From the NCBI GenBank assembly GCA_965113315.1, contig OZ220370.1: DNA of 64,000 nucleotides. One strand, given 5' to 3'. Position 1 is the first letter of the stretch; each line of letters begins with the position of its first letter. This document shows, piece by piece, positions 46,401 through 58,400 of the stretch. The DNA comes from Podarcis vaucheri (lineage: Eukaryota). The position numbers and the translations under genes were made by a program. The notes under the pieces were generated by a model. The model saw only the letters and a list, made by a program, of their open reading frames with translations. It was not told the origin of the DNA and made no database searches.

Positions 46401-49400
46401 GGGCAGCCACCCTGTTGACACCAGCATTGTTACAAGGCAGCGTTGAGTCTGGGGCGAATATGGTGTTTCCCCTGGTGCATCTACACAGCCTCAATTTTGC
46501 CATTGCTGCTTTACCCTGTACAGGTAAACTGTATCAATGTTGGTGCCAGGAGGGCAGTCTGCAGCTCTCCCCCCACCACAATGGCTGCTATGACCAAAGG
46601 AACGGCACGCACATTGCATTTATAGATGTACAACTAAGTGGTTTTAAGGACATACCTAAAAATGTGAAATTCACAAATGTACACATCACACAGATACATA
46701 AACTAGGAAGTCATTTCCCACCCTTTTCCTGTGATTGTCATTTGTTTTAACTGTTTTTAATTCTAAAATTGTAATCCACCCGGGACCTGCTGGTGCATAA
46801 TAAAAGTAATAATAATGGCGAAGAGTTGGTGGTTTACTAAACAAGAATAATCCTAATCTATTATATTCTACTCATTTGAGTGAACTGTATGTCCAGTGGG
46901 CTTTACTTTATTTTGAACAGCAGACCCTTATGGAATCCATCAGTTACCACAGAAGGCTAGTGCTCAAGAAAAAGAACTCTACTGGGCATGCAACGTTTGA
47001 TAAGAGGTTCTTTAGATACAGATTATCCTTGATCTTAAACTGAGCCTCCAAAATGCGTCAGCCCTCTAACTTGCCTTCAATGCCAAGGCCCCGCTGTGTA
47101 ATCTATTGAGAAATAGCAAATAACCAAGTGGATCTGAGCACTACATCTTTGTCGCTACTGAAATTTGTCGCCTACCAAATTTTTCTTAGTAACATGGCAG
47201 ACAGTGACAGGGACCACTCAGAGAGAGAGTTAACTGTTTAATTTACACTTTTATTACCAAGAGGAAAGGGATTGGCTTTTTTCTTAAGTGTGTTTCTGTG
47301 TTCTGGTTTTGTAAAACATCTCCAACTTGGAAACAGAAGAAGCTGTTCCTTCTGTTGTAAGATGCCCCTTGCAATGAGAGATAATTGAGAGGGATGCTAG
47401 CCAACCTATTCTGCAGTGTTGACTGCCACAGCACACCAATGAGATGTTCTAGAATATGGGTGGGGAACATGTAGCCCTCCATAGGTTGCTAAACACCAGC
47501 TCCCATAATTTCTGATGACTGGCCATGCTGGTTGAAGCTAATGGGAGGTGGACTCCAACAACATACAGGCTCCCAACCCCTGTCCACCATATCACAGAGC
47601 ACTGTTGACTCCTTTTCTTCTAATATAAAGCCCCCAAAACAAAAGGCAGCTACTCACACTCCTTGTAGCATCTCGTTCTGCTCCTCGGAGCAGCATCACT
47701 CGCACTACCTCACTGTGACCCATCTGAGAGGCTATCCACAATGGAGCTGTCCCATCCTTTAAGAAGAAGACGAAATAACATGCAAAACAGGACCCATCAG
47801 TTTGATACAGGCAGCACGCTGAACAGCTCTGGCAGCTCACCACGAGATTCTGGCTGGAACTCAAGGACAAAATGAACTTGAATCCTTGATGAAAACCCGT
47901 TTTCCCCTGGAGAAGGGACATCGTGTTCAGCTCAGCGTTCAGGGAATGCAAACAGGCAAACAGAATCTATATATTTCAGCATGTCCTTGTGGCTGAATAA
48001 AAGTTTGAACAGTGCAAATGAAATGTTCAATAACTTATTAAGATGAAAACAGTATTTTCTCTGTTTTAAGCGCCTTAATTAATATCAGATGCTATACCAA
48101 AGTTTAAGAAGCAGGAAGTACTGGTTCCTTATAAAGCTTAACGCAGACAAGAGTCTATTTTGTTTGTTATCAGGTCATGAAGTGTAGTTCTGTATTCTTT
48201 TGAAGGACTCTTTTTAAACAAAAATAAACAGTTTAAACAGTGCTGAAGTGGAAAAACAAGGCTGAGGGAGAGGAGCTTCTTGAGTTTTACTTCCTGTGCC
48301 CAATTCAGTTTAAAAAAGCCTTGCATCTTTTTCTTTTTTAAAAAACCCCAAACAGTTTCCCAACCATAGAATATATAATTCTGCTGAGATAAGAAATGAG
48401 CTTCTTTGTAGCTTATACAGGATGCAAATTTAAAACTCTGTACAGTGGTACCTCAGGTTAAGTACTTAATTCGTTCCGGAGGTCCGTTCTTAACCTGAAA
48501 CTGTTCTTAACCTGAAGCACCACTTTAGCTAATGGGGCCTCCTGCTGCTGCCGTGCCGCCACTGCGCGATTTCTGTTCTCATCCTGAAGCAAAGTTCTTA
48601 ACCCTTCTTAACCCGAGGTACTGTTTCTGGGTTAGCGGAGTCTGTAACCTGAAGCATATGTAACCAGAAGCGTATGTCACCCGAGGTACCACTGTATTTC
48701 AGAAAGGAAATTGCTCTTTGTTTTCTACTAGTGACCATGCTGTGCAGCAGTTAAATTTTGTGGTTAGCTTGCGTATGTTTTCATATGTTGGTTTGTGGAT
48801 GGTATCACCAAGGTTTCTTAAATATCAAATAGTAGAATTGGGGAAGATTTGAAATGCTTATTTCTTGATATGTTCAGTGATGAGGAGTGCAGAGAGAAGA
48901 AATGCCATGGTGAACCTATAGCAGCAAAAGCAAACACCATCTGCCCCACCTGCAATAAAACATGTCTCTGCAGCCACAGCAGGCACTGTAACTCTCCAGC
49001 GGTTTGACTTTACCCACAAAGGCACACTCTTCCACTGTTTTCTGAGACAGACTGATGCCGGCAAATATTAATACAAAGAAAAAATGCAAAGGCTTTCATG
49101 GACCTTAGTGGGAACCAAACAAGGCACTTAGGATGCAATCCTGTACACAATTATCCAGGACTAAGTACCACTGAATAGATATATATAGGACTGCAACATT
49201 TATTATCTTATCTCATTTCCTGTAAACACTCAGTCTGGAAGTTAACAGCTAGCAAAATTGAGGCAGGTAATTAAGTTCAGTGTCACAAGGTGTCAGTGTT
49301 TCCTTAGTAACCTTAGAAGACTCAACTGCAGTAAACCTGTTAGTTCAGGCCATAACCTTCTGAGTCAACAGTAGATCTGCCAACTGAGGAGGTGACAGGG

Positions 49401-52400
49401 TTACTTGTGGACTAGATTGCTCTGGGCCCTGTTTATCAAGGTAGCAACTGAAACCCTGTGGACAGGCTGGTGCAAAATGAAAAGAGCATAATGATAGCGG
49501 CAGAAATTCCAAAAACACATGGGGAACAAGGCAATAAATAGTGCATACAATTCTGGTTCCCTTGCCTCAAAAAGGATACTGTGGAACTAGAAAAAGTTCA
49601 GATACAGTCAATCAAAGTGAGGCTGAATGTTAAAGAGATTCAATAATGACAAAAGAAAGAAATTTCTTCACACAGTGCAAATTTAAACTACAGTATGGAA
49701 TTCATTCCCACAAGAATTCATTCCCACAAGAGGGCTTTCAAGAAGCGTAGACAAATGAATAGAGAACAAGGCTATCGGTGGTTACCAGCCACAATGGTTA
49801 CGTTCTAACACCACCTGCAGAGGCCATATGGTTCAGTGGTTGGAACCTGCAGGAGAAGAGAGTGCTGTTGCGCTTAGGTCCACCTTGTGAATTTCCCATG
49901 GGGAATTGGTTGGCCTGTGAGAACAGGATGCTGGATGAGATAGGCCTTTGGCCTGATCCAGGAGGGTTCTTCTTATGTTATAGGAATAAGGAAACACAGA
50001 GCGCTAACATGATTTTTACACATCCTATAGTTAATCGTGGCTTTGTGTGCCTGGAAATACCAAATGAGAAGCTACGTCACTTGTGTTCATGCTTGTTATC
50101 AGCAACCTGTGAATGTAAATGCTTAAGGAACCTACTTACCCAGAACCTGCAATTTCCCCCATTTACACCTTCATCTACTCTTGGTAGAAAATAACCTCTG
50201 GTGCAATATAGTTCAGTCAGGAGGTGGCTCTGGACTTAAGCCGGATTTCTGTGGCACTGGGCATTTCCTGTTAGTAGGGAGCCTCTTTGAGCCCAAGGGC
50301 TTACAGTCCCTCATGTGGAACGTTCCTCGGTCCCCATGCCAGCAGTGGGCAGGGCCAAAGCCAAAAATGGGTGGGGAAATGTTACATCCCAGAGCCCTGA
50401 AAGTGAAGAGGCTTTTTCACATGTACACACCCAGAGGCTTCCATGCTCAAGAAACAGGCATATTATCCACAGTTGACAGACACCTTCCAGCCGGGCAAAG
50501 GCACTATGATGGACACAGAAAAGGGTCAGTGAAAAGGTGCAGCTTGAGCAGGGAGCATGGCTTAGGGTCAGACAAAGCCCAGGAGAGCCACATATGGTCC
50601 ACATGCCTGAGGTTTTCCACCCCTTGTAGCTGTTCTGGTCTTTTTGGGGAGAGAGAACAAATTTCTTGCCTAACTTTCTGACTTTTGTGTCCTCTAAGGC
50701 AGTGTTTCCCAACCGGTGTTCCGCGGCACACGAGTGTGCCGTGAGACATCGGCTGGTGTGCCGCGAGATACCTGGAGGGAGGCGGGCGAGTCGGGCGGCG
50801 AGAGGCGGGGCGGCGGCGGCGGCGAGGAGAGGCCGCGCCTCCTGCTGCTGCCTGGCGCTCCTCCTCGCAGCCGGCAGCGCTGCCTGGGCGCCTCCGCGCG
50901 ACTCTGCCTCGCTGGGTTTGGTCTCCCAGCAGAGACGGGTCACACGCGCCCCTCCCTCCCTCCCTCAGCCTGCGCGGAGGGAGAGCCAGAGAGAGGCATC
51001 GCTCCTGCGCTCCGAGGCGGATTGAGCGCAGCTGAGAGGAGCTGCCGAGGGAAAAAACTTTAACTTTTGTGCGTCCCTCCCGGCGTGACGCTGCGCGCTG
51101 ACGTCACGGGGCGGGGCTTTAATGGTGGTGTGCCGCGAGATTTTTTTTCAGTAAACAGGTGTGCCGTTGCCCAAAAACGTTTGGGAAACACTGCTCTAAG
51201 GATTCCATGGCACACATACCTCCTTCAACTGTTCCATGGGACAGATTCTAGGAAATACCTATAATCTAAGTAAGAATGCATAACCAGAAATGCCAAGTAT
51301 TAGAGGAAGTTAAACTACAACCTCGGCAGTCTGTATAGAAAACCCAACAGCAGCACATGTATCCAAATTTGATCAAATATTAACTTCCATATCAAAGGCA
51401 CACCAATAACTGGAATGTAGTCAGCACCAAGGCACAGCTGGTTAGTCTTAGCACATGAACAGATGAAGGGGGAAATCTAGGCAATATCAATCTTAAACAT
51501 AAATAAGGGAGGGTAACAAACATTGTCTGTGTCTTAACAACGCTGAACATTACCTGCCTTGGCTGGTTGACCTTTGCTCCAGAAGACAGCAATAGCCGAA
51601 TTAAATCCAGGTAACCACCTTGGGCAGCCAGGAAAAGGGAAGTAGCTCCGTCCTTAATTTTTTAAATAAAATATTTAATTAGCTTTTAAGCTGGCAAAAA
51701 AAGATTTCTTAACAGAACCATTGAACTCTTCCTTTCCTCCATTAGCCCACAAGCATAGCAAGACTGCTTATATACTGAATTATCTTTTTCATAACTACCG
51801 ATACATTTCTGCAGCATTGATGAATGCAGAAAGCAAGCTTGCTCTTTAATTAGTCTGCTTCTAGTCTTTCATGTAATCAATTTAAAGATTAAACAATAAA
51901 CCCTGGTGCTTTCTGAGTAATGGTTCCAGCAAATGTGCATTTGAAGTCTGCCTCTTGTGGAAGTCCTTTGCGAGTGCTGCTGAGCAACAGAAGCTGATCA
52001 GATTTTTGGTTTTAAGAACAACTTCCTTTCAATCATTGCTTTAAAGTGCATTACATATTTCATATCCTATCCAAAAGTGCTATTTGAAGCAGCACACATG
52101 CTTCTCCTATGACCAGGTGGGCAGCAGCAACAGCAGGTGGGAAAGGAGAATCTCTACCACCCTCTCCCCTGCTGCCACCCACCGACTCGCAGGAGAAGTA
52201 CGTTAGATGCTTCAAACAGCGCTTAAAGGCAGTCCCCACATTCCAGTTCCAGCATGGAGGGCTGCCTTTAAGTGCTTCTCAAAAGAGCTGTTTGAAGTAG
52301 CTGCCCCTCTCCTGGGCTTGGGTGCACAAGAGAACTCTCTGCAGGGAAACTTCATAAAAGGCAGCTTCCATTATTCCCAATCTCCATGTGCAATATTAAA

Positions 52401-55400
52401 ACATGTACAGCTTATAATTTTGCCTTCTCATTCTGTGTAATGTGTAGAATGGCTCAAAGTGTAAGGAGGAGCTGGCATACTGGGCAAGCTTTGAATTTTC
52501 CACCAACTCCTTTCCAGCAAGTAAAGTAGCACAGAAACACCAGTTCCAGAGCACTCTGCTTTCTCATTAACAGAAAAAATGAATCCCGGAAAGGTTTCCT
52601 TAAACCTTGAACATTCCAGGGGAAAGGGAGGGTCAGAATGGCTGAAGGCCAACTCCAAGTAAACTCACATAAAGCTGATCGTGAACGTTGGCACCGTGTT
52701 TCAGCAATGTTTCCACCACTCTCATGTGCCCGTACTGACACGCAGCCAACAGAGCAGTGCCTCCATCCTGCAAAGGGGTGGGGGAGTAAAAAGAAAGCAC
52801 AGTATAGGCACAAGTGAAGGGGCACAAGTGACGTAGGTGGTATTCTACAGCCTTCTACAAAGGCTGTAGAATACCACCTACGTCTTGCATTTCAATACGA
52901 TACAATAATAGCAATGAAGAAATCAAATAGAAGTTCTGCAGATAATGCCAGGGGAAGCTGCTGGCAGTGGCAGAATTTAAGCCAGAGCTTTCCAAACTTT
53001 TCATGCTGGTGACACACTTTTTAGACATGCGTAATCGCTGTGGGTAAAAGCCTCAGCGCCTAGGGCTTGCCGATCGAAAGGTCGGCGGTTCGAATCCCTG
53101 CGGCGGGGTGCGCTCCCGTCGTTCGGTCCCAGCGCCTGCCAACCTAGCAGTTCGAAAGCACCCCCGGGTGCAAGTAGATAAATAGGGACCGCTTACAAGC
53201 GGGAAGGTAAACGGCGTTTCCGTGTGCGGCTCTGGTTCGCCAGAGCAGCGATGTCACGCTGGCCACGTGACCCGGAAGTGTCTTCGGACAGCGCTGGCCC
53301 CCGGCCTCTTGAGTGAGATGGGCGCACAACCCTAGAGTCTGGCAAGACTGGCCCGTATGGGCAGGGGTACCTTTACCTTTACTTTAATTTCACAACACTG
53401 TAATTCATTTTTGCATCATTTCGCGACACAGTAATTCAGTTTTACTATCAAGCCAGAGGTTAAACTAACCCCTTTCCATCCCCTGCAAGAGCGTGGGGAG
53501 CGTTCTCATGACACACCTACATACTGCAGCCGACACACTAACGTGTCACAACATTTAAGCCCTGGCCTTGGAACAAGAACTTTGGGAGGAATAAGTGTAT
53601 CCTGTTGAAGGCTTAAGTAAATATTCAAAGAATCATAGAACTGTAGAGTTGGAAGTGACCCTGTTTAGTTCACAGTGAATGGAAACTGTCCCTATATGTG
53701 GCTATCAACCCCACCACTGAACAACACATAATTCCCATATACCTAAAACGTGAAATTCTGAACATGGCTTTTTCTGATAACTTGTCCACACTATATTACT
53801 TAAAACAGCTGTCACTTATAGTTTCCAGCAACATTCCCCATCCAAGGATTTGATATCCAGGGTCTCTTAAAACAGGAAAGCTCTTTTCTTCTTTCTTCCA
53901 GCATGAACTTGGCTTTCTTCTTCTTGGGCTTTAATGGTCTTGCTGCAAAGCCACAGGCCCTTAATATACTGGCTATGACATTATGACTTCTCAATTACAG
54001 TCATTCTTGAAGTTTAGTATCTACAGCCTCCCTTCAGATGTCAAAGAAATAAACAACTATCAGACTTTTAGAAGACATCTGAAGGCAGCACTATTTAGAG
54101 AAGTTTTTAAGGACTGATGTTTTTATTATTGTTTTAGTTATGTTGTAAACCACCCAGAGTTGCTGAGGAAACCCAGCCAGAAGGGCAGGGTATAAATAAC
54201 AAACATACCCCTAAACATTTTGTGAATCTAAATTCGGCCTCATTGAGGGGCAGTATTTCAATGTATGAGTAGTAAAATGAGAGTACCCATAAACTTCTTT
54301 TTTTTTTAGAAAAAAAGCACTGATTACAACAGACTTCCTTAAAATCACTAGCACTGGATCCCAAAAAATTTTTTGTTCCAAAAGTCAGCCCCCACCCCTG
54401 CCAACATGTTAGCTCAGTTGGTTAAAGTGTGGTGCTGATAACGCCAAGATCACAGATTTGATCCCTGTACTGGCCTATTCCTGCACTGCAGTCAGTTAGA
54501 CTAGATGATCCTCAGGGTCCCTTCCAACTCTACAATTCTATGGGATGTCATGTAAAACAAAACTGTGTCAGTTTCTTGAAGTAAGGCCTGCCCTTTCACA
54601 CATCATGCAGTTGGGAACTGTGAGGCACAATTAAAAGAGAAAGCAGATCAGATGAAGTGAGGCATCCTGCCCCCTGGTTGTGTATTTCCAGGAAGTCTGC
54701 TTCCTTTTTTACTTTTTCTCTTAGCAGGGCTTTTGAAGCCTGGCTGAGGGAAAAGTGACATTACTGGCGGGGGCAGACGTAAAAGAGGTAAGCAGTGGGG
54801 GGCGGGTGTTATTTATTTAGCACATTTTTATCCAGCTCTCCTGCTGCAAAGCCTCAAAGCATGGTTTGCAGATGAATTTTAAAAGGGGATATTCCATGCA
54901 AACATGACACAAAAGGAAAAAAGCATGGGGGGAAGTAAAAACATTCTTAAAGTTGACTGAGATGGAAACGGTTCAGCTGGTCTGTCAGCAATGGAAAGAG
55001 CTGTTTTGACCCAATTCCACCAAGTTCCCACAGGTGAAGGCTGGTAGTTGTAGCACCATGGAGAGCTGCCAGTGAGCAACTTGCTCCCACAGAGGTTCTG
55101 AGGTCTGTAACAAATCCACTTTAAAAAAGAAACAGGCCATTTTCTGGACAGGAAGGTTGTAGAGACAAGCACTGAAAAGTGTGAAATGAACAAACGATTA
55201 ACTGGAAAACGTATAAAACACTCTGCGGGCAAATCAGGATGAATGCTCATTCCTACACTTAAGACATTTCTCTATTCCTCCTCATCTAAAAAGTAATGAC
55301 AAGCACTGCTTCCTAGGGAAGGTGTTTCACATTCCTCATCTTTTTTTGTACTGGATGCTGTTGTTTATGTTAACTCTGGAACAATTTTGGCTACATCTGT

Positions 55401-58400
55401 AGGGAATTAGAAGCTGAGGCTGCACCGCTGTCTCTGGCAAATACGCTGGAAATTCCGAGAAATGAAAACCATCCTGGCACAACTGCACATCAGCAAATCA
55501 AAGCAGAGACTTTTGCATAATGCTGGCGTTACACATGCGAGGTCTTTTCAAACCAGAAAAGCCAAGGCAGAAATCATATTGCTGATGCTGTGCATTTCAC
55601 GACAATAATGACAATGGGTTTCAGCTATTGCAAAATGCTTTTTTTTTTTTAACAAACCAACATGCAGTGCAATGTGCTACAAAGAGCTGTGCATGCTCTC
55701 TAATTTTTCTGGTTCCCTGCTGCAGTCCTCCCCCCGCCGCCACATGCACATCCCAATAACACTACTTCGGAATATTGCCACTGCCGTGTTACTGTGCAAT
55801 CTGGAAGGAAAGCAAAAGCCAATCTCTCCTGACTACCTACCCAGCCACATGAATGCAGAAGGCTACATCCTTATGTACACCACTTAAGACCTTGGATAAT
55901 TAAGCGGTATATAAATAGCAAAAATACCGTGCATGCCTTAATGTGAGAGAGTGCTCCCTTTCACTCTCTCCCTCTCTCTCACTGGCACTGGCTGACTTAT
56001 TATAGATTTTCATATTACATTAAGTTCTGAAAAGAAATACGCACAATTCTCATCTCTCTTGCTTTTGATCTTCCAGGGCAAACGTTTGCAAGGGGGAACT
56101 TGTGCATGTCCTCTGTGCAGAGTTCGATAGGTTTCCTGCTTTTACATTAGATCTGGACTCTAAACCGTGGCTAACCTTAACTAGTTTGCTGAAACAAGCC
56201 AGCTTCATAATTATGATCATCCACAATTTGAGAGGTTCGGATGACACAACAAGCTGTGGTTAATAAAGGGGGGGGGATGAAGAAAAAGCTTCCAAACTCC
56301 TCCTTGCACCGCAGCAGAGCCAAAGGCTTAGCTAGGCTCATTCTCATCATGCTAAATTATTGTGAGATGTTGAAGCTGGGCCAGTGCCTCAGCTTTGGTT
56401 CCCTACATGTATGAAATAAATAAAAAAACAAGGTTTTGGTGAGGGTAAGGGAAAGAACTCCAGAAGTAAATAAATGTAACAAAACAAGTTCAACACAGTT
56501 TTGTGCACTAGGCTGGAATACTGTCATTCGGTAGTATGCAGCTAAGTTTTACTCCAAGGAGAACCACTGAAATTAACAGACATGACTAAGTTAGGTCCAT
56601 TAATTTTAATGAGTCTACTCTAAGTAAAACTTAATTGGATACCACCCTTGTTTCCGAGACTAACGCAGCCACAGACTCTTAAGTCCCATAAAACTAAGGA
56701 CAGGAACTGGTGCTTCAGTTCTGTGGATCTGTCCTTCCTTAGCACTCTAAGATCTCTTCCAAATCTGTGCACTTCCGTGCTTTGTTTGCTTCCGTTCAGT
56801 TAAATTCAGTGAGAAATTGTTTTAACAGGTGGCCAACAGCAAGAGTTGATGGGAAAATTGCCCTACATTCAATTATTCCCTAATATGAAGAATATAGAGC
56901 AAGAGTAGAAAAGGTGAAGGTGAGACGAGTGCATTTTGCATGAGCCATAGGTGATTTCATGCTAGCACAAAGAAACAGATTTTGCCTAAAGCAGTTGTGC
57001 AGGTGGCATTGACTACGGAAAGGAGTCAGTTCTTTCACAATTCAGGCCATGGTCATCTGACAGCCTAAAGCACATGAGTTATTTAGTCTTATCTTGGCAG
57101 GTATACAGTAGCTACTCCTGTCATGTTAAACATGAAATGACAGCATCTTTTCAAGAAAATCCAGCTGCCTGAGTGCCTGCAGCTGTAAATTCCATACAAC
57201 TTGACTTCCAAGCAGAGTGGCCTCTTTCTGTCTTTCTTTTTTTCCATTTTAGATATTGCTTCTTGACTTCACACCACTGGGTAGCATAAAAGAGACAACC
57301 AATCTGGTCAGCTTTGGTTCTGCCCTTTTGCAACGGAAAGAGTAAAAATTATTAGGAAATGGAGCAGCACTTATACAATGAAAATGGAGCAGTAAAAGCC
57401 TGAGCCGAACATATGTCCTGCCAGAGAACTGTGTGGCAAGAAGCAAAATTATATCACGGGCCTCTCGCTTGCTCTCCATGCCAAATCCCTGCCTGCCAAA
57501 ATTCATCATCGTGTTAAAGCCAAGCACAATCTCTTACTTTGGTTTTAAATTCTGTGGAGGCTCCATACTCAAAGAGAAACTTCACGATATCGTTGTGACC
57601 TTGTTGTGCAGCAAAGAACAGGGCAGTGGCACCAGACTGAAAAAGAGAAACATAAAGCCCATGGATTAGGTATGTAAGTACATTTCATTTAATCTACATA
57701 ACAATGTCTTTTAAAACCTTATTTTAAAGTTGGTAATGCTTGAAATGTACAAATCCAAATTCTCATATCTAGCAGCAGCTGCTCTTCAGTTAAAACATTC
57801 CCACATGGTTCTATTCTGGAAGATTCCAGGACAGCCTTCCCCAACCATTGTGCCCTCCAGTTGTATTGGACTACAACTCCCATCACTCCCAGCCAACACT
57901 TTAAAAAAAAAAAAACTTTCAAAATGAGTAACAAAGCCGAAATTCAATTACTACTTGTCATAGCTTAGGGATAGAACAACTGAGAAAACAACCTGTTAAA
58001 TTTCTGTAACACAGCTGTGAGGGGAAAGGAAGGCAGCGGCCTAGTATACACATAATGTTAAACCATGGTTTAGTTAGTGCTATGTGCACATGACTTGGGT
58101 TGCACACTTCCCCCTCCCTTTTTCTCCTCCTGCATCTCAGTGGGGAGAGCTTCTGAAGCCAGTTTCATAACCCATGATTTGATGTTTTATTATAACCATT
58201 CTAGAATTTGTTTTAAACCACAATCCCAAGTTATCTAGAAGAGTTTGGATTTGATATCCCGCTTTATCACTACCCTGAGGAGTCTCAAAGCGGCTAACAA
58301 TCTCCTTTCCCTTCCTCCCCCACAACAAACACTCTGTGAGGTGAGTGAGGCTGAGAGACTTCAGAGGAGTGTGACTAGCCCAAGGTCACCCAGCAGCTGC

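Noticed and set aside
50311-51063. Long overlapping ORFs (210, 166, 119 and 115 aa)
   Set aside because: They cross the boundary of, or lie within, a GC-rich non-autonomous hAT element where stops are rare; low complexity, no transposase or other motif
54403-54475. Functional tRNA-Ile gene
   Set aside because: Acceptor stem and T-loop/B box are mutated and it runs straight into a CR1 tail, so it is a SINE
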